A stretch of 64,000 nucleotides of DNA from a virus. This document shows positions 9,388 to 17,367 of the stretch, one piece after another. The notes beneath the pieces were generated by a model. It made no database searches. It was not told the origin of the DNA and saw only the letters and a program-made list of their open reading frames with translations. Each line of letters starts with the position of its first letter. Positions within the stretch are counted from its first letter, which is position 1. The translations under genes were made by a program, and so were the position numbers. The DNA is taken from IMG/VR virus record IMGVR_UViG_3300048996_000163, positions 1-64,000 of that record; one strand, given 5' to 3'.

Positions 9388-10025
9388 CGACCCGTACATA
9401 CGGCGGGTGATCCGGTGGCGACGAGGCGGGCTTGAGTTGCGTCCCGACGGCGTCCCCATCCGTCCCTGAGCGTCGCTCGTTGTCCCCGGTCAATGGCGGT
9501 ACAAGCCGGTACCGTGCTCACTGAGTGTAGTCGTTTCCGGGAAACGACATACCAACCAGCCGTAGATGTAGACCGATGTCCTGAGGTCCACATGACCCGG
9601 TCTGGGTGACCGGGTAACGCGGACCGCCATCCACCTACGGATGTTGCGTAGCAAGGCTTGCGCTTCAACCTGGCTGAAGGTCACGTCGAACCCGAGTTCT
9701 CCACGGGCTAGCGCAGATTCAGCCCACACGACACGCCGGAATGGGGGCGGCGCAGCTTGCTGACAGTGACCAAAGCCGCTACGGTGAGAGCCACGTACAC
9801 AGCTTGAGAAATGGAACGGCCGACCCCGGGGAATTTGCCCTGACAGACGAAGCCCCGCGGCCGGCCGACAGACATCCGAGTCAAAGACGCAGACGCCAGC
9901 AGGTCGCGCAGCAACGCTTCCCGCCAGCTACAGGTTTTCACGGCGACGCCCCCGGAGCAAGCAACCCGGCAGGCAGCGCGCCACCCTGAGCGTCACGGCT
10001 CGGTCGACCCCGGAAGGGAACGACC
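9388..10025 (+). ncRNA. Candidate large structured non-coding RNA (group II intron domain V-like hairpin at 9773-9805)
   Basis: Only long gap without a credible gene in the early region; many stems, a long-range pair and a possible pseudoknot read by eye. Confidence 0.5.
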
Positions 10026-10274
10026 ATGAGCGACACCACGCAGACCCATCACGCCGCCGCCGGCCGCAAGGGCGCCGAAGCGCGCTGGAGCAAACTCACC
10101 GATCCCGAAGATCGGCGTCAGGCCATGGACCACGTCACCAAGGGGCGAGTCCGCGCACAGGACGTCGTCGAGCGCGTCGACCAGGTCGAGGGCAACATCC
10201 TCGCCGAGCTCCGCGCCATCAGCGCCCGCCTCGCCGCGATCGAGAGCCGCGACGCCGAGCGCGTAGCCGCCTGA
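10026..10274 (+). CDS. Small hypothetical protein
   Basis: GGAAGGGAA RBS, AAAGRKGAEARW motif, GC3-rich. Confidence 0.65.
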   Translation: MSDTTQTHHAAAGRKGAEARWSKLTDPEDRRQAMDHVTKGRVRAQDVVERVDQVEGNILAELRAISARLAAIESRDAERVAA

Positions 10275-10369
10275 CCTATCCGCCGCATCAGCGCGGACAA
10301 GGTTAGAGCCCAGTCTCCGACAAGACCGGGCTCCCTACGTGCTGATCCTCACCTGACGAGGACCACATC

Positions 10370-13300
10370 ATGGTTGCAGACTTTGCCCTTTCATGCACGT
10401 CCGTTGATATTGACCCCGCCCTCACCGACTACCTGACCTTCCTCGAAACCAAGGTCGACTTCGATCAGGCATACGGCTTCGAGATCAGCCCCGCCGAGGT
10501 CAACCCGCTTCTCAAGGACCACCAGCGCGCCATCGTCCAGTGGGCCGTCCGCGGCGGCCGGCGAGCCATCTTCGCCAGCTTCGGCCTCGGAAAAAGCATC
10601 ATGCAGCTGGAGACACTCCGGCTGACAGTCACCCGCGACGGGGGCAAGGCGCTCATCGTCTGCCCGCTCGGCGTCCGCCAGGAATTCGTCCGCGACGCCG
10701 CCATGCTCGGCATCACCGTGCGGTTCATCCGCACCAGCACCGAGGTCAACGGGCCCGGCATCTACCTCACCAACTACGAGTCCGTCCGCGACGGCAAGCT
10801 CGACCCGAACCTGTTCGACGCCGCCAGCCTCGACGAGGCATCGGTGCTGCGGTCGTTCGGGTCCAAGACGTACCAGACCTTCCTGACCCTGTTCGACCAG
10901 GTGAAGTACCGGTTCGTCGCCACCGCCACGCCGAGTCCGAACCGCTACAAGGAGCTGATCCACTACGCCGGGTTCCTCGGCGTTATGGACACCGGTCAGG
11001 CACTCGCCCAGCCCCTCGACGCGCAGGTGCTCACGCCCGCCGGCTGGGTCGCGATGGGCGACGTGCAGGTCGGCACTGAGGTCATCGCGGTTGACGGCAC
11101 CCCCACTCGGGTGCTCGGCGTCTACCCGCAGGGTGAGAAGCCGATCTGCAAGGTGACCTTCTCGGACGGATCGAGTACCCGCTGCACCGGGGAACACCTG
11201 TGGTCGACCAAGACGAAGTCGGATCGACGTTACGGCAACCCCGGCCAACTCAGGACCACCGACGAGATCGCCACCAGTATCGGCAGCGAACACTCCATCC
11301 CGCTCGTAGCGCCTGTGAAGTTCCCAGATCGGCCAGTCGACATCGACCCGTGGCTACTCGGCGCGCTACTCGGCGATGGCACCCTCGGAGCCAGCAGCGT
11401 TGGCGTCACCTCCGCCGATGCGTGGATCGTCGACCGAATCGGTGAGCTGTTGCCCGATGGTCTCACCATCAAGCACTATGGCCGCTACGCCTACGGCATC
11501 GGCTCTGAAACGCGGGCGGGCATTGGCCGGGGAGTTCGCGCCAACACCCTGCTGAACAGCCTGCGCGCCTACGACCTGGCCGGAAAGCGGGCATGGGAGA
11601 AGCGCATCCCCGCCGACTTCATGTTCAATGAGCCGCAGGTCCGGCTCGACGTGCTGCGGGGCCTCATGGATACCGACGGCCACGCGCCGAAGGTATGCCG
11701 GAACAGTCCGCGGTTCGTTACCACATCTCGGGGTCTTGCCGAAGATGTGCAATGGATCGTGCGGTCACTCGGCGGCCAGTCGCGGATCACTGCGCGGTCA
11801 ACGACCCGCCGCGACGCCTACTCGGTGACGGTCCGCCTCCCCGAGGGTCTGTGCCCGTTCTCGCTGCCGCGCAAGGCGGACCTCTGGAGGCCGAGCGAGC
11901 GGCTGAAGAAGATCGTCGCGGCCGTTGAGCCTGACGGTGCTGGACTTGCACAGTGCATCGCCGTTGAGCACCCCGAGCACCTGTACGTGACCGACGACTT
12001 CGTGGTCACCCACAACACTCGGTTCTTCCAGCGCGACAGCACGAAGGCCAACAACCTGACCTTGTATCCGCACAAAGTCCAGGAGTTCTGGCTGTGGCTG
12101 AACACGTGGGCGATCCTGCTGCAGAAGCCGTCCGACCTCGGGTTCGACGACACCGGATACGACCTTCCGCCCCTGGAGGTCGTCTACCACGAGATCCCCG
12201 TCGACCACTCCACCGCCGGCGTCGAACGCGACGGACAGGCCCGCCTCTTCAAGGGAGGCGACCCTCTCGGCGTCACTGGCGCGGCGCGGGAGAAGCGCGA
12301 CACCCTCGGCGCCCGCGTGGCGAAGATGGCCGAGATCGTCGCCGCCTCACCCGGTGAGCACTTCATCCTCTGGCACGACCTGGAGGACGAGCGCCGCGCC
12401 ATTAAGCAGGTCTTGCCCGAGGCGGCCGAGGTGTACGGGGCGCTGGACCTCGAGACCCGCGAGCAGCGGATCATCGACTTCTCCGACGGCAAGCTCCGGC
12501 TGCTGGCGACAAAGCCGGAGCTGTCCGGGTCCGGGTGCAACTTCCAGCGGCATTGTCACCGGGCGATCTTCGTTGGGGTCGGGTTCTCCTTCAACGACTT
12601 CGTTCAGGCCATCCACCGCATCCAACGGTTCCAGCAGACCCACCCGGTGCGCATCGACATCATCCACGCCGAAAGCGAGCGCGAGGTCGTTCGGACGCTG
12701 CAGCAGAAGTGGGCGCAGCACAACGAGCTCACCGCAAAGATGACCGAGGTCATCCGGGCGCATGGACTCGACGGCGCCGCCGGCGTGCAGACCCTGACCC
12801 GCTCCATCGGTGTGACCCGCACCGAGGCGTCCGGTGACGGCTGGCTCGTCGCCAACAACGACTGCGTCGTGGAGACCCAGGCGATGGCGGACGACTCCGT
12901 CGACCTGATCGTCACGTCGATCCCGTTTGCGAACCACTACGAGTACACGCCGTCGTACAACGACTTCGGCCACACCGACGACAACGACCACTTCTGGGCG
13001 CAGATGGACCACCTCACGCCCAACCTGCTACGGGTCCTGCGGCCGGGCCGAATCTACGCCTGCCACGTCAAGGACCGCATCCTGTTCGGCAACGTCACCG
13101 GCGCCGGGGTGCCGACCGTGTCGCCGTTCCACGCCGAGGCGATCTTCCACGCCTGCAAGGACGGCACGAAGATGGGCGCCGGGTCACCGGAGTACATCCT
13201 GCTGTTCCACAAGCCGCAGACCGACCGGGCGAAGGGTTACGCCGACGTCCCGGTCGTCAAGGAGAAGGCGGACTACACCCGGGCCCGCTGGCAGGTCGAC

Positions 13301-14830
13301 GCCCACGCGTTCTGGCGGTCGTCCGGCAACCGAAGTCTCACGCCCGAGGAACTGGCCGTGCTGCCCGCGGACCAGATGTCTCGGCTGTTCACTGAGCAGA
13401 CCCTGCGGGACGTCTACGACTATGAGGCACACATCCGCACCGGTGAGGAGCTGGAGCGCCGCGGTGCACTGCCGGCGACGTTCATGTCGCTGGCGCCGGG
13501 CTCGCACCACCCGGAGGTGTGGCACGACGTGAACCGCATGGTGACGCTCAATACGGAGCAGTCCCGGCGGGCGCAGGCCATGCACGTGTGCCTGGCTCGC
13601 GGTTCTCTGGTGCTCACGCGTGGTGGCTACAAGCCGATCCAGGAGGTGCAGGTCGGTGAGCTGGTCCTGACGCACAAGGGGCGCTGGCGGCCGGTGGTCG
13701 CGGTGCAGAACACCGGCGTCCGACCGGTCGTCCAGGTCCGCGCACAGAGCGTTCCCGGTCTGACCCTGACTCCGGATCACAAGCTGTGGACCCGGGACGT
13801 GCGGGGCCGCGCCCGGCAGGCCGACTACGTTCGCCGTGTCGAGCCGGGGTGGGTTCCGGCGGAGGACACGGTCGGGTCGTACATCAACCGCAAGCTGCCG
13901 CCGGCCGAGATGCCCGGAGTGGCGGACCCCGGCGTTTGGTGGATCGTAGGCCGCTGGTTGGCGGACGGGCACGTCGAGTCCCACGGCGGACTCGCGATCT
14001 CCTGTGCCGACCGCGAGGCCGACGACCTGGCGGAGCGGCTGGGCGGGTTTGCCGGCTCCTTCCGTCGGACCGGCCCGAACTGCCAGCAGGTCCTGCTGCG
14101 AGACCCGAACCGGGTACTGCGAAACCTGACGAAGGCCTGCGGCTTCGGCGCCGCAGGGAAGCACCTGCCGCCCGACGCCTACACGCTGCCCGCCGAGCAC
14201 GCCAAAGCGCTGCTCGACGGCTACCTGTCCGGCGACGGGCACCTCCTCGCCGACCGGAACCGATGGGTGGCCAGCAGCGTCTCCCGAGAGCTGCTGCTCG
14301 GCATGGCGTTCCTGGCCCAACGCGCTTACGGCGCGATCGCCAGCGTCTACCCGGGCCGCCCGGCGCGGCGCGGACAGATCGAGGGTCGGGACGTCGAGAT
14401 GCGGCAGGACTGGATCTTCGGGTTCAACCTGCCCGACCCGGTACGGCGAAAGCGGCCGCTGATCCTGGACGACGGCGCGTGGATGAAGGTCCGGGAGGCG
14501 GCCCCGGCCGGCGAGGTCGAGACGTGGAATCTCCGCGTTGAGGAGGACGAGAGCTACACCGCCGAAAACTGCGTCGTCAAGAACTGCCCGCTGCAGTTCG
14601 ACATCGTCGACCGGCTCATCAACCGCTACTCGAATCCCGGTGACCTGGTCTTCGACCCGTTCGGCGGGCTGTTCACGGTGCCGCTGAGGGCCTTGAAACT
14701 GGGGCGGACCGGCCGGGCGGTCGAGCTGAACGAAGGCTACTTCCGTGACGGAGTGGCCTACCTGCGGGCGCAGGAGCGTGAACTGGCCGCGCCGTCACTG
14801 TTCGATCTGTTGGACCTGGATGCGGCATGA
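10370..14830 (+). CDS. SNF2-like helicase fused to N6A/N4C DNA methyltransferase, two inteins
   Basis: FASFGLGKS Walker A, LDEAS, SGCNFQ, QAIHRIQRF; SVDLIVTSIPF motif IV and VFDPFGG motif I. Confidence 0.92.
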   Translation: MVADFALSCTSVDIDPALTDYLTFLETKVDFDQAYGFEISPAEVNPLLKDHQRAIVQWAVRGGRRAIFASFGLGKSIMQLETLRLTVTRDGGKALIVCPLGVRQEFVRDAAMLGITVRFIRTSTEVNGPGIYLTNYESVRDGKLDPNLFDAASLDEASVLRSFGSKTYQTFLTLFDQVKYRFVATATPSPNRYKELIHYAGFLGVMDTGQALAQPLDAQVLTPAGWVAMGDVQVGTEVIAVDGTPTRVLGVYPQGEKPICKVTFSDGSSTRCTGEHLWSTKTKSDRRYGNPGQLRTTDEIATSIGSEHSIPLVAPVKFPDRPVDIDPWLLGALLGDGTLGASSVGVTSADAWIVDRIGELLPDGLTIKHYGRYAYGIGSETRAGIGRGVRANTLLNSLRAYDLAGKRAWEKRIPADFMFNEPQVRLDVLRGLMDTDGHAPKVCRNSPRFVTTSRGLAEDVQWIVRSLGGQSRITARSTTRRDAYSVTVRLPEGLCPFSLPRKADLWRPSERLKKIVAAVEPDGAGLAQCIAVEHPEHLYVTDDFVVTHNTRFFQRDSTKANNLTLYPHKVQEFWLWLNTWAILLQKPSDLGFDDTGYDLPPLEVVYHEIPVDHSTAGVERDGQARLFKGGDPLGVTGAAREKRDTLGARVAKMAEIVAASPGEHFILWHDLEDERRAIKQVLPEAAEVYGALDLETREQRIIDFSDGKLRLLATKPELSGSGCNFQRHCHRAIFVGVGFSFNDFVQAIHRIQRFQQTHPVRIDIIHAESEREVVRTLQQKWAQHNELTAKMTEVIRAHGLDGAAGVQTLTRSIGVTRTEASGDGWLVANNDCVVETQAMADDSVDLIVTSIPFANHYEYTPSYNDFGHTDDNDHFWAQMDHLTPNLLRVLRPGRIYACHVKDRILFGNVTGAGVPTVSPFHAEAIFHACKDGTKMGAGSPEYILLFHKPQTDRAKGYADVPVVKEKADYTRARWQVDAHAFWRSSGNRSLTPEELAVLPADQMSRLFTEQTLRDVYDYEAHIRTGEELERRGALPATFMSLAPGSHHPEVWHDVNRMVTLNTEQSRRAQAMHVCLARGSLVLTRGGYKPIQEVQVGELVLTHKGRWRPVVAVQNTGVRPVVQVRAQSVPGLTLTPDHKLWTRDVRGRARQADYVRRVEPGWVPAEDTVGSYINRKLPPAEMPGVADPGVWWIVGRWLADGHVESHGGLAISCADREADDLAERLGGFAGSFRRTGPNCQQVLLRDPNRVLRNLTKACGFGAAGKHLPPDAYTLPAEHAKALLDGYLSGDGHLLADRNRWVASSVSRELLLGMAFLAQRAYGAIASVYPGRPARRGQIEGRDVEMRQDWIFGFNLPDPVRRKRPLILDDGAWMKVREAAPAGEVETWNLRVEEDESYTAENCVVKNCPLQFDIVDRLINRYSNPGDLVFDPFGGLFTVPLRALKLGRTGRAVELNEGYFRDGVAYLRAQERELAAPSLFDLLDLDAA
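11006..12016 (+). mobile_element. Class 3 intein with LAGLIDADG endonuclease (337 aa, Ala1) in the helicase domain
   Basis: AQPLDAQVLTPAGW, CTGEHLW, LRGLMDTDG, AQCIAVE, VVTHN/T; removal restores DTGQAL-TRFFQRDS. Confidence 0.92.
13589..14584 (+). mobile_element. Class 1 intein with LAGLIDADG endonuclease (332 aa) in the methyltransferase domain
   Basis: CLARGSLVLT, LTPDHKLW, GRWLADG, LLDGYLSGDG, TWNLRVEEDESY, VVKN/C; removal restores MHV-CPLQ. Confidence 0.92.
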
Positions 14831-14840
14831 GCGCCGTGAG

Positions 14841-14993
14841 CTACTCCTCGTCGAGGTATTCGCGGAGCTTCCGGCGGATAACCTCGGAGACGCTCTCACC
14901 GCGAGCCGCCGCCTTCTCCTTCGCGGCGCTCCACAGCGCCTCGTCGACGCCGACGTTGCGGAGCTTGACGTCTTCCGCACGCTGGCCGGGCAT
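14841..14993 (-). CDS. Ribbon-helix-helix (CopG/Arc-like) DNA-binding protein, 50 aa
   Basis: LRNVGVDEALWSAAKEKAAARGESVSEVIRRKLREY; ATG directly after the stop of the upstream minus-strand gene. Confidence 0.85.
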   Translation of the reverse strand: MPGQRAEDVKLRNVGVDEALWSAAKEKAAARGESVSEVIRRKLREYLDEE

Positions 14994-14994
14994 C

Positions 14995-15228
14995 TCAGGC
15001 GTACCGGCGAGCCATGACCGCGGCGACTCGCCGGGCGAGCGGGTCACCGTCGCCGGTGGGCTGGCCATCGCGGACCAGCACGACGGGGCGGGTCAGATCG
15101 CCGATCGCAGCCTTCGAGGCGGCGGCGGGGCTTTCGCCGCCGCGGTCGCTGAGGCTGTCGAGGGTCCCGTCGCCGTTGTCGCGGTAGAACCAGCCGCCCT
15201 GCTGGTCCTGGACGATGTCGCCGATCAT
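14995..15228 (-). CDS. Hypothetical protein (77 aa), first gene of an antisense two-gene cassette
   Basis: GAGGAG RBS and a clear promoter upstream. Confidence 0.7.
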   Translation of the reverse strand: MIGDIVQDQQGGWFYRDNGDGTLDSLSDRGGESPAAASKAAIGDLTRPVVLVRDGQPTGDGDPLARRVAAVMARRYA

Positions 15229-15244
15229 GTCGCTCTCCTCGGTA

Positions 15245-15284
15245 GGTGTAGGTACACCCTAGCCGGTGTACATACACCCGTCAA
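15245..15284 (-). promoter_or_regulatory. Sigma70/HrdB-type promoter with two palindromic operators
   Basis: Minus strand TTGACG-17 bp-TAGGGT; GGTGTAnnTACACC at 15245-15258 and 15265-15278. Confidence 0.8.
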
Positions 15285-15472
15285 GGGTGGTGCGGCGTGA
15301 TGACCACGTGGCTGCGCAACCCCATGACCGTCGGCACGTGCGGGGCACCCAAGACGCCGGCCGACACGAAGGTGCTGTGCGCCGCGCTCGCAAGACTGTT
15401 CCCTTGCGGTTGGAGATGTGCTGATCATCAGCCATCGCGGATGGCCGCGCCGCACCTGACGGTGGTGCGCTG

Positions 15473-16090
15473 ATGCCCGTCGCCCTTCTCCCCCCGACCA
15501 CCTCCAGCTGCGGCGCGTGGTCCGGCCAACTCCCGCTTCTCGAGGCGCCCCGCTACGCCCGCGGCCGGGGAAACGGCAGGTGGCACCGTATCCGGTCCGC
15601 CGTCGTCTACCCGGCCGCATCCTGGCGACCCGACGGGTGGACCGCGTACACCTACTGGTGCGGAGTCCACGGCACCGACGGCGGCAAAGCCGGTCCGCTG
15701 TGGCTCGTCGACGATGTCCCGGCGAGCGAGCCGGTGTGCGGAACCTGCGTCGGGCGGGCGCTCGGCGCCGGCCAGGACGACGTTCCTGCCGGACTGCCAT
15801 CGCTGCTGTTCAGCCCCCGCTGGCGGACACCGCCGGCCGTGTGCCCCGGGTCGCGTTCCCGCACGCTGTGGACTCAGGTGTCCAGGAACTGCGGGCAGTG
15901 CCTCGTCTGCGGCGACATCACACCCATCCGGGTCGTCGGCAGCGGCTACAACGCGTGGGGTGCCGGGCCGATCAACCACGCGCCGGGGGTGCAGCTCGTT
16001 GAGCCGTGCCCGTTCCACGCCTGGATCAACCTGGTCGAACGTGGCGGCAGGGCCGTATGCGGGTGCGGATGGCCGGGTGAGACGTCGTGA
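15473..16090 (+). CDS. Cys-rich hypothetical protein
   Basis: Coupled ORF with several CxxC pairs. Confidence 0.6.
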   Translation: MPVALLPPTTSSCGAWSGQLPLLEAPRYARGRGNGRWHRIRSAVVYPAASWRPDGWTAYTYWCGVHGTDGGKAGPLWLVDDVPASEPVCGTCVGRALGAGQDDVPAGLPSLLFSPRWRTPPAVCPGSRSRTLWTQVSRNCGQCLVCGDITPIRVVGSGYNAWGAGPINHAPGVQLVEPCPFHAWINLVERGGRAVCGCGWPGETS

Positions 16091-17367
16091 CCGACGCGCG
16101 TCCGGCTGGCCGCTTCGAATGGGAGCAGACCGTCCTGCGGGGACGGTGGTCCGGCCTCATCAAAGGCAACGGCGCCGGAACCCGCGGCGGAGTGTCTGGC
16201 GCGGTGTTCCGGGCTGTCGCGTGGGCGCTGTGCACCCACGCCGACGCCGACGGTTCGAACGTCCGTCCCGGTGACGCCACCGTCGCCGCGCTGGCGGAGG
16301 TGGGCGTGAAAAACGTCCGGGCCGTCAAGGGCGCGCTGCTTGACTACGGATTCCTTGAGCGGACGAAGGGCGGCGCCCGGCGGCCAGGTGGCGGTGACGC
16401 CTACCGGCTGACGCTGCCAACCTCGACCGCGGCGGGCGTTCCGGTCCTCTCTCAGGCCACCCTGCGGAGCGAGGTTGCGCGACTCTCCGACAGCGAGAAG
16501 TCGCGGAAGAAGCGCGGGCTTGAACCGTTTGAACCGGGTCCACTGGACCCGGAACCAACCGCGTCCGAACCGGGTCCAGTGGACCCGACACCAGGGCCGG
16601 AACCGGGTCCACTGGACCCGGAACGAAAAGCTGGTACCGGGTCCAGTGGACCGGCAAATCAGTCTGGTACCGGGTCCAGTGGACCGGCCGTACCGGGTCC
16701 AGTGGACCGGCATACCAACTATGACCAACTAACTACGACCAACAGGGCGGCAGTCGAAGCGAAGCGCAACGCACGGGCACAGCGCGACGGCGTGCTCTTT
16801 GCCCGACCGGCAAAGCTCCCGCGCACGGTCAGGCTCATCGCCGAGACCCTCGCCGACGACGCGATCACCGAGGAAGAAGCCCGGCAGGTCGACAAGGCGT
16901 GGACCGCCAAGGCGAACCCCGAAACCTTCCGCCTCTACGAAATCGTCGCCGGCGACGGCGGCATCCCGTGGCGGAGCCTTCTCGCCGGCGTCCGGAGCGC
17001 AGCCAAGGCCGTCAACGCTGCGTGGATCGAGAAGACAACAAACACCGGGACGCCGTGCATCCATGGACAGCCCGGCGGGGTCGAGCTTCACCCCGTCACC
17101 GGCGACGCCCTCTGCCCGCTCTGTCGACGTGGCACCCCGGCTCCCGTGCACGAACCGGACCCGATCCGGACCTACCGACAGCTGCACACCGCGGCCCACG
17201 GCCAACCGAGCCGCGAGCGCATGACCGAGATCGCACACCAGCGGCAGCACCTCGCAGGTCAGGGCGTCACTGCTGTGCAACTCCAGGCCATCGCCGCCGG
17301 AGCCGCTGTCGCCGGACAAGACCTCGTCACCTACCTCCGCGCCGAGAAGGAGCGACTCAGTGCCTGA
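16087..17367 (+). CDS. Putative replication initiator (N-terminal winged HTH, internal iteron array)
   Basis: LCTHADADG...PG....A......V...L...GFL wHTH pattern; directly upstream of DnaB. Confidence 0.75.
   Translation: MTDARPAGRFEWEQTVLRGRWSGLIKGNGAGTRGGVSGAVFRAVAWALCTHADADGSNVRPGDATVAALAEVGVKNVRAVKGALLDYGFLERTKGGARRPGGGDAYRLTLPTSTAAGVPVLSQATLRSEVARLSDSEKSRKKRGLEPFEPGPLDPEPTASEPGPVDPTPGPEPGPLDPERKAGTGSSGPANQSGTGSSGPAVPGPVDRHTNYDQLTTTNRAAVEAKRNARAQRDGVLFARPAKLPRTVRLIAETLADDAITEEEARQVDKAWTAKANPETFRLYEIVAGDGGIPWRSLLAGVRSAAKAVNAAWIEKTTNTGTPCIHGQPGGVELHPVTGDALCPLCRRGTPAPVHEPDPIRTYRQLHTAAHGQPSRERMTEIAHQRQHLAGQGVTAVQLQAIAAGAAVAGQDLVTYLRAEKERLSA
16533..16708. repeat. Six palindromic 17-bp iterons ACCGGGTCCA(C/G)TGGACC, likely replication origin
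   Basis: Copies start at 16533, 16569, 16602, 16636, 16669, 16692. Confidence 0.85.

Noticed and set aside
9252-9989. Short ORFs on both strands within the structured intergenic region
   Set aside because: No RBS, atypical codon usage, no motifs
14827-15300. 157-aa plus-strand ORF coupled to the methyltransferase stop
   Set aside because: Antisense to two better-supported minus-strand genes that have their own promoter and RBS
16533-16708. Palindromic repeats as a possible CRISPR array
   Set aside because: Repeats are 17 bp with 6-19 bp spacers, lie inside a coding gene and have no cas genes; the iteron interpretation fits better
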